Virus record (IMG/VR): IMGVR_UViG_3300028601_000024
Direction: 5' to 3' (one strand)
DNA length: 64,000 nucleotides
From: an uncultured virus (IMG/VR IMGVR_UViG_3300028601_000024)
Lineage: Duplodnaviria > Heunggongvirae > Uroviricota > Caudoviricetes
The notes beneath the pieces were generated by a model. That model was not told the DNA's origin, made no database searches, and was given only the letters and a program-made list of their open reading frames with translations. The position numbers and the translations under genes were made by a program. Positions 28,885-38,127 of this stretch are shown here, in pieces. Position 1 is the first letter of the stretch. The number at the start of each line of letters is the position of its first letter.

Positions 28885-31800
28885 TTAGAGTGTTCGGTGT
28901 ATAGCAGGTGCGGTAACGCTACCAAATGGTGTATGTATTAAAGGATTTTCATCTTCTGGTATCAATCCATTATATATCTCTGGTTCGTTGTCTTTACGAT
29001 AGTCTAAATGATCAATATGTTCTTGTTTAACATTTTCCATTCTTAACTTTCTATTTTCATACAACGTATCTTTAATTTTAGCATTTGAATATTCTGGCAT
29101 TAAATTTGCTAAATTATTTTCAGTGGTGATCAATTTTTTAACCTTATCTCTATCGATAATGATTCTAATTTGATCATCTACTGTTCGTTTAGTAATTCCA
29201 TTTAATTCTAACTGATTCATTTTAATAAACTGTTGAACACTCAAGAAATTTTTATTACTGCTTGATTTAATATATTTATTAATAAGTACTAAATCTATTG
29301 ATCCATCTCTATCGAAACTTTCTTTAATATTATCTAGCATTTGAATATTATTTGACATTACAATTGCATCGTCAATATTTTCATTCATTTGAAGTTTAAT
29401 ATTATCCCAATCATTTTCAACTAATTTAATTACCAGTTCGCCAAAGGAATGCATTAAAAGAATTTGTCGATTGAATTGATTATTCTTAATATTATTTTGA
29501 CACCATTCTTTTTTCAATTTAGTTTTGTAAATAATTGCCCAGAAGTCAAGCAATTCAGTTTTAATATCAAGCACAAGATCATCAATTGTTTTCCAACCCA
29601 TAGCGAATGAACTTTCTTTCAATGTTACATCAAGCCTATAATAACTAAGTCGTCTATCTTCACTTTCATGTCGAGCTGGACACTCACTATTAGTAAACAT
29701 AATAAAGTTAAAATATCTTCTAGTTTTATAACTATCAACTCCTTTTTTCTCAAGGTTGATATAGCTATTTCCTGATATATTTTTTAAGTTATCCATTTCT
29801 TTAGTTGTACTATAGGTTCCTTCATCTAGAACCACCAAACTACTAGTTCCCATGTAGTTATTGAAGTTACTCATAATTTTATCACTTGAAGCCGTATTAA
29901 TATATTCTTTACTAAAGTAATAATTTAAAATAGTCTCACTAAATAATCCTTTACCTGTTCCTTGAACACTCGAGAATATAGGAATTATAGGCATGACTTC
30001 AAATTTACTTTGTGCAGCTAACCAGTTTATAAAATAAGGTAAACTACCTTTTTGTGTAATTTGATTCACATAATACCACATAGTAGGTAATGTTTCTTTA
30101 ATAAGATTCATACTAGATTCAAGATCTAGCTCATCCATATTTTTTGCTCTTTCGTGAACAGCTAAATATTCTTTTCCTGGAATCCAAAGATTAACATATC
30201 GGACACCCTTTCTTTCAAAAGTATGAGGTTTTCCTGGAATAAATTCTTCAAAAGCATTAATCAAAACTTTTTCACAAAATTTATCATGAAATAAAGCTCG
30301 TAGTGCTAAATCAGCATTTTTTACTTTTAATTGATTGGTAAGTATATGTTCTGTCATCATTCTAGTTCCATCAAACATAAATGATTCACCATCTTCAAAT
30401 TCTCGCATAATACATGAACGATTTTTATTTGCTAGTCTATAATAAATTTTTGATTCTGTGTCAACCATTCCTATTAATTCTTCAACTGTTTGTTCTGTTC
30501 GATCATTATCAAAACTTTTTCTTTCCGATTTATTGAGAGTAAAACCGAAATCAACTGCTAATTTTTGAATAACACTTGCTCTAGGCATATCAAGAAATTT
30601 CATTGTAAAAGTAATAATATTGTATACATCATTTCCTTCGTGAAAGTCTCTTGCAATTGATGCCAATCTACCTTTATTTTCATAAATAGCAAATGATGCA
30701 TTATTATCCTGATGAAAAGGACATTTATATGTTGTATAAGAAGAATTTCTTTCAATAATTGCACTTGAATCTTTACTTAGAATTAATTTTTCCATATAGT
30801 CACGTTGAGCAGTGGTATCTGGAATTTTCTTAAGGATTTCAAAATCTTGAGGCGTATTAAATAATGCTTCATCACCTTTATTAAAAGTTTCAGTGCTTTT
30901 ATTATTGATAGTTGCTCTTGATAATATTTTTGATACTTCTAATATATTAGCATTATTGATTAAGTTTTTAAGCTCTTTAATATTAAAACTTATATTCTGG
31001 AGAGCTCCTTGAACTACCTTATCATTTAATTCACTATTTGATATGCGATCTCTTAATTCTATTTCTAATTGATCCAATTTATCATTATTATAAAAGTCTT
31101 CAATTTCTTCACTAAAGCTACCAAAATACTGATCCTTAGGATTAACAGTTCCACCAATTCTTTGTGTGTGAATTATATCACAACTACTTAAGTCAAATTC
31201 TAAATAACAACTAGGAGTTTCTTGTAAGAAACCATATCCCCAAATAGCAATTCTGTCTTTTAATTTACTTAATCCACTTTTGAAAAAAGTAAATATCTCT
31301 TCTGCTTCATAAGGGAGTAATTCTCTATCGAAATCAATAATAAATTGTAAACCTCCACCAGTTGCAAATATGTGACTAGGTTTAAAAATAGTTCCTGCAC
31401 AATGCTCACTCATTATCCGATTCATAACATTTAAAACATGCATAGCAATATGTCTTCTACTTAAATCGATATATGAATTAAAATGAAATCTTTCCTTTCC
31501 TGCATTATGAGCATGAGCATCAACATCTAATACAAATCTACGAATGCCTTTAAAATGTTCTTTATTTGGAGCAGTTCTAATAGTTTTTCCATCATCATTT
31601 TCATAAGGAGCAACATATCTAAAAACACCAGCATTCATTGAAAAACCTATACCTTTTTTCAACTCCTGATCAGTTGTACTATTATATGCTTTTTGTATAA
31701 CATCTAATAATTGATCAACATTTCTTATTTGATCACTAAAAGTTTTAGTACTGATTTTAAATTTTTGATTAGCTTTATCAAAAACAGGTATGCTTCCTGT

Positions 31801-31953
31801 AATGCGAATTGTTTCATCATCTTCTAAATCTCTACCTATTGTGTAATTCCAAAATTCCTGCATTTTAGTAGGTCTAACCCTATCTTGCCAATTTAAAGAA
31901 TCTTTTATTGCAGGTGCACTAGAAAGTTGTTTATCTTGATTGGTTTGGTTCAT
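28885..31953 (-). CDS. Primase-helicase (AEP-like primase, CHC2-like zinc finger, P-loop helicase)
   Basis: LDVD and TGGGLQ primase motifs, CPFHQD.NASF, QGTGKG Walker A, VVLDE, FTN, DRR. Confidence 0.85.
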   Translation of the reverse strand: MNQTNQDKQLSSAPAIKDSLNWQDRVRPTKMQEFWNYTIGRDLEDDETIRITGSIPVFDKANQKFKISTKTFSDQIRNVDQLLDVIQKAYNSTTDQELKKGIGFSMNAGVFRYVAPYENDDGKTIRTAPNKEHFKGIRRFVLDVDAHAHNAGKERFHFNSYIDLSRRHIAMHVLNVMNRIMSEHCAGTIFKPSHIFATGGGLQFIIDFDRELLPYEAEEIFTFFKSGLSKLKDRIAIWGYGFLQETPSCYLEFDLSSCDIIHTQRIGGTVNPKDQYFGSFSEEIEDFYNNDKLDQLEIELRDRISNSELNDKVVQGALQNISFNIKELKNLINNANILEVSKILSRATINNKSTETFNKGDEALFNTPQDFEILKKIPDTTAQRDYMEKLILSKDSSAIIERNSSYTTYKCPFHQDNNASFAIYENKGRLASIARDFHEGNDVYNIITFTMKFLDMPRASVIQKLAVDFGFTLNKSERKSFDNDRTEQTVEELIGMVDTESKIYYRLANKNRSCIMREFEDGESFMFDGTRMMTEHILTNQLKVKNADLALRALFHDKFCEKVLINAFEEFIPGKPHTFERKGVRYVNLWIPGKEYLAVHERAKNMDELDLESSMNLIKETLPTMWYYVNQITQKGSLPYFINWLAAQSKFEVMPIIPIFSSVQGTGKGLFSETILNYYFSKEYINTASSDKIMSNFNNYMGTSSLVVLDEGTYSTTKEMDNLKNISGNSYINLEKKGVDSYKTRRYFNFIMFTNSECPARHESEDRRLSYYRLDVTLKESSFAMGWKTIDDLVLDIKTELLDFWAIIYKTKLKKEWCQNNIKNNQFNRQILLMHSFGELVIKLVENDWDNIKLQMNENIDDAIVMSNNIQMLDNIKESFDRDGSIDLVLINKYIKSSSNKNFLSVQQFIKMNQLELNGITKRTVDDQIRIIIDRDKVKKLITTENNLANLMPEYSNAKIKDTLYENRKLRMENVKQEHIDHLDYRKDNEPEIYNGLIPEDENPLIHTPFGSVTAPAIHRTL

Positions 31954-31977
31954 GAATATCCTTGTTATGTGTTATTG

Positions 31978-33102
31978 TTATTTTATATTGGTTGCGTTAT
32001 AAAGTCCTAGAATAGCATCATCGCTAATCCAATTGTTTATAGTCGCAGTATTCAAATCTTTATAATATTCTTTGTTTTCCGGACTAAATTGTTGAGCATC
32101 TTGTAATGCACCTTTTGTAAAAATACCAGTTGCCCCAAGTATGTCTCCATCACTATTTTTCATAAAGGGTGTAAAAGGTAAACTATAATTTGTCGCACCT
32201 GAATGCTCACATGTTAAATCATATAAAATATTATCATCTGCTTGTTCAAAATTTATACTATTGGTAGGAATCAATAAAGTGTTTCCAATATTTATTCTAT
32301 CCACTAAATCACTCTCGCTCTCAAATGAAATAATAGTATCTTTTACTAATTTAACCTTATTTTCAACAATCGCATACATTTGATTAGTAATATATTTTTT
32401 TGGTAAAAAATTTCTAAAATACATAGGAAGTTTAAAATATAATTCTTTTCCATAAGTATGATTTCTTATAGAATAAAATGCTCCCAAATAATTCAACATT
32501 GTTGTAATTGTATAAATATTAACAAAAGGTTTAATAATACATTTGTCTTGCAGTGTTGACAAATAACCTTTTAAAATTCCTATTATGAACGTATAATTTG
32601 TGTTTATTAGAATGTTTTTATTTAAGCTAATACCTTTACTCGTATTGAATAGTTCTTGCTTAAATTGCTCATCAATATCAATGTCATCAACCTTAAGTTC
32701 TCCTCCAACAACTTGACCAATTAATGTTCCTAAACTATCATCAAGAATAATTTTTTTATCATTTATAACCAAATATGGATTTTGAGTCATATTCAAAGCA
32801 GGGATAGGATATATTAAATAATGATCATTCATAATATTACTTGTATTTGAATGCTCATCTTTTAAAATAGTTGCATTATTATCCATTACTAATATTGAAT
32901 TTTTTTCTCCAATAATAAAATTAGTTCTTCTATTAAAATATCCAGGACACATTAAACCATCATTAAAATTATTTTTTGCAAGTAAAAGGTATTGCAAACT
33001 AACATCATGAAGACTAATATGTATAGATTGTTGTTCGATAACTGAATTATCATCTGTGCGTATAGATTGAATTTTTAAATCTAATGCTCTTGTGTTTTTC
33101 AT
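31978..33102 (-). CDS. Split-intein C-part (316 aa) fused to a 58-aa beta' catalytic segment (31981-32154)
   Basis: LYDLT...NY...MKN|SDGDILGA...ISDDAILGLYNAT (~FDGDQMAV...PSQDVVLGLYYMT); LAGLIDADG-like remnants FIIGILKGYL and MLNYLGA. Confidence 0.85.
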   Translation of the reverse strand: MKNTRALDLKIQSIRTDDNSVIEQQSIHISLHDVSLQYLLLAKNNFNDGLMCPGYFNRRTNFIIGEKNSILVMDNNATILKDEHSNTSNIMNDHYLIYPIPALNMTQNPYLVINDKKIILDDSLGTLIGQVVGGELKVDDIDIDEQFKQELFNTSKGISLNKNILINTNYTFIIGILKGYLSTLQDKCIIKPFVNIYTITTMLNYLGAFYSIRNHTYGKELYFKLPMYFRNFLPKKYITNQMYAIVENKVKLVKDTIISFESESDLVDRINIGNTLLIPTNSINFEQADDNILYDLTCEHSGATNYSLPFTPFMKNSDGDILGATGIFTKGALQDAQQFSPENKEYYKDLNTATINNWISDDAILGLYNATNIK

Positions 33103-33248
33103 TCTTGTTCCTTATGTTGTTATTTGTTTTATCATTAAATATTTTAAACATATAGTATTTCTATGGTTAAATAATTTTTATCACTAGCGATAAAATAAAA
33201 AATTTATATAAATAATTATAAATTTATATAAATTTTCTTAAACTAAAG

Positions 33249-34874
33249 TTAATTAGTCGCACCTATTTTAATCAGTGCTAGATTCAAGGAGTTACACCTT
33301 GACCCTTTTATTTCACTAAGAGCGACTAAGGTCTTAGGATTTGCTAAAAGGTGAGCTGTTAGCTCATCTGTAGTCTTAAATAATTTTTTGAGCCTAGACC
33401 ATAGGCTCCAGTTTGAATTTGTTTTAGAGTTCCTATCAAATTTACTAACATTATCTTCTAGCAATGTTAATAGTGACTTAATAGGAATAGAAACTATTTT
33501 ACCAAATAGTTTTATATTTATAATTCCTTTTTCTTTTAAACATAAACCTCTTCTACCTATAACATAAGCAGCAGATAAATCTTTAGATTTAGCATTATGT
33601 GAAGTGCATAAATTATGAATATTTGAATATCTAAATAAACCAATAACAGATGTATAAGCTGGATTAATTAATTTTAACTTTAATCCATTTCTATTACATT
33701 TGGATTCAAGTAAATCTTTAAACATTGTTCTTGGAAATTTACTAAGCATTCTATTTAAAGATTTACTCTTAAATTTATGGTCTGGTTTAAACTTTAAATT
33801 CTCTACTGTTATTTGATACATTTTATAATGTATAGCTAACTTGACAATATCATCTAATATTTCAGATAATCTTCTTTTTGTTTCTTTGCTCCTTGCATCT
33901 AAATTATTTCCTATTGGATAGTGTTTATAAGTTAAAATATTTCCATCATTCTTTACAAAAGCTACTGCAATCTCTTTCGGACCAATATCAATGCCTATAT
34001 TACCATAAGATTTTTCTGTTAAAAATTTAGAAACAGGTTTTATATAATTATAAGTTATATTTAATACCAATTTACCTTTAGAGTTAAAGTGTATTCTTGC
34101 TGTTTGTCTATTGAATCCATCTAAACTAAATGTATTTAAATGAGATTTTGGTACTTTTATATCTATTTTATGTCCAAAAAGCTTTAATTCGTGATTATTT
34201 TCTTTATTCTTTTGAATTCTGATAAATCTATTACCACTTTTAGATTCTTCGCCTGATATAACCAGACTTAATCTTGATTTGAAATATTCATCTTTGTTTT
34301 TTGGATTTTTATTTCCAAACCATGTAGATAAATATCCTTTAGATTGGTATTTTGTTAATTTATTTTTTAGTATTTGTAATTGATGTTTTTTACCTTTTAT
34401 AAATCCAGGTTTAAAATTATTATGATTAAGAATAACCTCTTGTAAATCTTTTTCTTTTTGTAAAATTTTATTCTCTAAATTTTCTATAGTTGTTATATAC
34501 CATGTGTTCATTGATTCGTAAGAACCTTTAGCAAATTGATATACGCTTAAACCAAAATATGATTTTAAACCATAATCTTTTTGAGCTATTTTATCATATT
34601 CATTACCACTTAAAGCTCTATCATGTTGAAAATCTTGAAATATTCTTCTTTGTAATGAAGATTGAGATTTCATTAATGATAAAATTTCATTATATTGTTG
34701 TTCATTTAGTATTTTTTCTAAACCTAAAGTCATTGTTCTTATTTGAAGCACAGAGTCAATATCATATTTATCTGTTCTTTCAGAATATTTTATGTGCCCA
34801 ATTGTTTTCCACATGCCCAATTCTGATTCTGAAATGTTTAATTTATCAATTATAAATTCTTTAGATTTATACAT
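33249..34874 (-). CDS. tnpB: Large IS607-associated TnpB-like RuvC nuclease
   Basis: IGIDIG, VENL, INPAYTS, DLSAAYVIGRRG; N-terminal MerR-like segment. Confidence 0.8.
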   Translation of the reverse strand: MYKSKEFIIDKLNISESELGMWKTIGHIKYSERTDKYDIDSVLQIRTMTLGLEKILNEQQYNEILSLMKSQSSLQRRIFQDFQHDRALSGNEYDKIAQKDYGLKSYFGLSVYQFAKGSYESMNTWYITTIENLENKILQKEKDLQEVILNHNNFKPGFIKGKKHQLQILKNKLTKYQSKGYLSTWFGNKNPKNKDEYFKSRLSLVISGEESKSGNRFIRIQKNKENNHELKLFGHKIDIKVPKSHLNTFSLDGFNRQTARIHFNSKGKLVLNITYNYIKPVSKFLTEKSYGNIGIDIGPKEIAVAFVKNDGNILTYKHYPIGNNLDARSKETKRRLSEILDDIVKLAIHYKMYQITVENLKFKPDHKFKSKSLNRMLSKFPRTMFKDLLESKCNRNGLKLKLINPAYTSVIGLFRYSNIHNLCTSHNAKSKDLSAAYVIGRRGLCLKEKGIINIKLFGKIVSIPIKSLLTLLEDNVSKFDRNSKTNSNWSLWSRLKKLFKTTDELTAHLLANPKTLVALSEIKGSRCNSLNLALIKIGATN

Positions 34875-35052
34875 TTAAAACTCTTTTTGTTGTGAATCCT
34901 ATATCTTTTGTTTCTATTATAGAATCATAAACTATACTAAAAGGAACATTAAGCTTTTTTGAAATTAATTCTAAATAAATGTATCTAGCTGTTGTACTAT
35001 CTTTAGCATTTATATAAGCTACGTTAAATTTACTTTTAATTTGATAAGTCAT
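34867..35052 (-). CDS. Small hypothetical protein between the IS607 tnpA and tnpB
   Basis: AAAGGA RBS; overlaps the tnpB start. Confidence 0.55.
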   Translation of the reverse strand: MTYQIKSKFNVAYINAKDSTTARYIYLELISKKLNVPFSIVYDSIIETKDIGFTTKRVLNV

Positions 35053-35091
35053 GATGTTCCTTTCTTTTTAAGTATTTCTTTAATTGCGTTA

Positions 35092-35340
35092 CTAAAAGTA
35101 ACTATTTATACTAATAGCTTCATCATTTAATGTTTTTTCTAGCTCTTTTAGTTTTTTTCTTCTATTAGAATACATTTTCATACTAAAATGATGAATAATT
35201 GAAATTAAATCTTGCGTAAGTTCTTCTTGAAAATCTTCCTCTTTTGATGAATTTAAAACTTGTATTTCAGTTCCGTATTTTTTAAATAATTTTTCAAAAT
35301 ATTGAAAACCAAATCTAACCATTCTATCTTTACGTAGAAT
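35092..35340 (-). pseudogene. tnpA: 5'-truncated IS607 serine recombinase
   Basis: KDRMVRFGF...EELTQDLISIIHHFSMKMYSNR; the HTH and catalytic Ser region are absent. Confidence 0.85.
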
Positions 35341-35342
35341 TA

Positions 35343-35472
35343 CTATTTCTATAGTAACTCAAGTCCCTCAAGGTTGATAGTTTGTTGTTAATTTTTTCAA
35401 AATTTTTCAAAAACTAAAAATTTTGGACAAAAACTATCATGAGTGATCATAACATAATCTAATATAGAAATT
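35343..35472. promoter_or_regulatory. Divergent control region at the strand switch
   Basis: Two oppositely oriented TTTCTATA motifs (35344 and ~35460) and a CTATCATGAGTGAT operator-like site (35434). Confidence 0.55.
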
Positions 35473-35525
35473 AATTCTGAATAAATAATAAAATAAAATT
35501 TAATTTTTAAAGCAAAAGGGAACAC

Positions 35526-36173
35526 ATGCTACGAATAGACAAGACTGAAAGTAATGATAAATATTTTACTCATTATCTCGAACCATATATAAATTACATT
35601 GAGACACTAGATATTAAAAATTTTAATTATTTAATATTCCTAGAAGACTTAGATAATATGCATCAATTAGAATTTAATACATTCTTTGATAATGAATTTA
35701 AAACAATTGTTAAATTAATAAATAGACATATATCATTTGATATAAGCGATTTAGATGATCAACCGTATCGTATAAAATTATTATTTGCTAAGAATATAGT
35801 AAAATTTTATATGTTTGATCTTCCATATAATTATTTAAAAAATCATATATTTGCAAACGATTGCGAAAATATGTATGATGCATTAAAAGAATTTGACGAA
35901 CAAGATGTTAAAAGTAAATTAATTGATCAAATTCATCAAATGAAAAGACAATATAATAATTTTAATGAATTAATTAATAATTTAGAGGATACTATCTCTA
36001 ATGATAAAAAACGTGATAAATTTACAGATATTGTGATGTTGCTTGATACTAATATGGATTTAAAATTAAAACTTTTAAAATATCACACAACCTTAATCAA
36101 TAATTCCGAATCATTAAAATTAGTAGAATTAATTAAGATTTATCTAGATAATGATTCATATAATATAATTTAG
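35526..36173 (+). CDS. Hypothetical protein
   Basis: 215-aa ORF followed by a hairpin terminator (36174-36199). Confidence 0.65.
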   Translation: MLRIDKTESNDKYFTHYLEPYINYIETLDIKNFNYLIFLEDLDNMHQLEFNTFFDNEFKTIVKLINRHISFDISDLDDQPYRIKLLFAKNIVKFYMFDLPYNYLKNHIFANDCENMYDALKEFDEQDVKSKLIDQIHQMKRQYNNFNELINNLEDTISNDKKRDKFTDIVMLLDTNMDLKLKLLKYHTTLINNSESLKLVELIKIYLDNDSYNII

Positions 36174-36247
36174 AAGAGAGGTAACTTTACCTCTCTTTTC
36201 ATGTGGCAATTTTTAAACATGCTCCGAAGTAAGATGGAAAATACTAT

Positions 36248-36397
36248 TATTTCTATATTACTTGTTAGAAATATAACGAGTTAGTATAGAAATAATAATA
36301 TTAGTAAAGGATATGAATTGGTCATATTCGAGAGCCATATAGGCTAACAAGTGCTTAATGCACAACGGAGCCATCCGAAAATTCGCAAAGGATAATT
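36248..36397 (+). promoter_or_regulatory. Promoter + structured leader cassette, copy 2
   Basis: Repeat of 24153-24292 with compensatory stem changes. Confidence 0.8.
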
Positions 36398-36532
36398 ATG
36401 GAAAATATAGAAAATTATGATATCGAAGTTGCTCAATTGAGCGACATGTTAGATATAGACTACGAAACATTTTTGAGTCTTGAAGAAGACTCATGGTCAC
36501 TTAACAGTGATGGAGCAGATTATGAATATTAA
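36398..36532 (+). CDS. 44-aa highly acidic mini-protein (not in the ORF track)
   Basis: MENIENYDIEVAQLSDMLDIDYETFLSLEEDSWSLNSDGADYEY; RBS; paralog of 37783..37926. Confidence 0.8.
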   Translation: MENIENYDIEVAQLSDMLDIDYETFLSLEEDSWSLNSDGADYEY

Positions 36533-36693
36533 ATTCATAATCTTTTTCGTGTGTGTTATTTTAATATATTTCTATTTTAAAATATAGGGAGATACAATGT
36601 TGATTGCAATAACAATAACACTTATATTTGTAATAGTTGGATTATTAATCGATTTAGAGTTAATCATTATTGATTTATTTTAAAGGAGATATT

Positions 36694-37623
36694 ATGAAAA
36701 TAATATTATTATTAGCAAGTATTTATATACTTGTATTAGGCAATGAATGTTTTAATATTCAACCAACAGTCGGAAACGCTGTTGGATATGGAATCGGTGA
36801 TAACAGAAAAGAGGCATATTATAATGCTATTCAAGAGTTATCAACATACATTAATGTTAATGTCGAAAGCGACATCGAATTAGTTAATGGCAAATTAACT
36901 AAAGATGAGGCAAGATTGACAAATAATTTATCAATCTCCAACATTAACATTATACACCAATCACGTGAAAACAATGAATGGTGTGTAGTAGTCCAATACG
37001 ATGTTCGAAACATAGAACAACGCATTAAAGGACTTTCATTAAAAAAGGAAGTCCTAGAGGAGAATTATATAAATAACTCTCCTCTAGCTAAAAGAATTAG
37101 AAATGTACTAGGTTTTGATGTAAATCTTAATCTAGTGTATGATAATGGATGGTGGGTTGTGGTTCAAGATAAAAGAGTGAGTTTGCATTATAATGAAATG
37201 CACGAATTCTTTTATAATAAGGATAAACACCCTAAGTACTATAAACTGCATCTGAAGAATGCAGTTTATTATAGTGGAAGTTATTTAAATTTTCGCCTCG
37301 ATAGCGAAATACGAAGACCTTCCACTATTCTCCGGGTGAGAAGTGACGGAATGACCGTTGCACTGACTAAAGACTGGACTAGTAGTTATACTAGTCCAGA
37401 GAGTGAGGAGTTCCGTGTAAAAAATTTGCAAAAAGGGGAAAGTGTAGAACTTCTTATTGCAATAGGTTATCCGATTCACACATTTCCAATGTTTACCGGG
37501 CATAATATTCGTCCGAGTGTTATACATGATTTGTCATTTTATGACATAAATGAAATGTTTAAAACATTTCAAACGAGGACATATAGTGTTCGTAAATATT
37601 GGATTCGTGGTGGTGGAAAATAG
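36694..37623 (+). CDS. Exported LPP20-like protein
   Basis: Signal peptide MKIILLLASIYILVLG; GIG..RKEAY.NAIQELS..INVNVES. Confidence 0.6.
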   Translation: MKIILLLASIYILVLGNECFNIQPTVGNAVGYGIGDNRKEAYYNAIQELSTYINVNVESDIELVNGKLTKDEARLTNNLSISNINIIHQSRENNEWCVVVQYDVRNIEQRIKGLSLKKEVLEENYINNSPLAKRIRNVLGFDVNLNLVYDNGWWVVVQDKRVSLHYNEMHEFFYNKDKHPKYYKLHLKNAVYYSGSYLNFRLDSEIRRPSTILRVRSDGMTVALTKDWTSSYTSPESEEFRVKNLQKGESVELLIAIGYPIHTFPMFTGHNIRPSVIHDLSFYDINEMFKTFQTRTYSVRKYWIRGGGK

Positions 37624-37626
37624 GAG

Positions 37627-37782
37627 TATTTCTATATTACTTGTTAGAATTATAACAAGTTAGTATAGAAATAATAATATTAGAAAAGGATATGAATTGG
37701 TCATATTCGAGAGTCGTAATGACTAATCAGGTGTTTAAGACACAACAGGAATTCAACCTGTAAAAATTTTAAGGAATTAAAA
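37627..37782 (+). promoter_or_regulatory. Promoter + structured leader cassette, copy 3
   Basis: Repeat of copies 1 and 2. Confidence 0.8.
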
Positions 37783-37926
37783 ATGGAAAATTGGGAAGCA
37801 TATTACCTATACGACGAGGAGGCTATAAAATTAAGTAGCTTCCTCGACATAAGCATCGAAGACTTTATGAGTCTTGAAGATGCAGCATGGTCGCTATTAA
37901 GCGACGAAATAGATTATGGTTATTAA
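37783..37926 (+). CDS. 47-aa highly acidic mini-protein (not in the ORF track)
   Basis: MENWEAYYLYDEEAIKLSSFLDISIEDFMSLEDAAWSLLSDEIDYGY; RBS. Confidence 0.8.
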   Translation: MENWEAYYLYDEEAIKLSSFLDISIEDFMSLEDAAWSLLSDEIDYGY

Positions 37927-38127
37927 ACAATAATCTATTTCGTGCGTGTATACATTCTTGTAAAGGAAGGGCAATGGATAGTAATGAAAGCGAGTATATT
38001 GATTACTCGCAAATTGTTAGATAGAGTAGTACATACTACTCTGTCAAAATCTTTCAATGAATTAATTGTAATTTATTGAAAGGTCTTTGACCTAAATTTT
38101 AAGCCTTAGAGGCAATAAGGAATTATA

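Noticed and set aside
33249..34874. Cas12f/Cas14 CRISPR effector
   Set aside because: No repeat-spacer array nearby; the adjacent IS607 recombinase remnant points to a transposon TnpB
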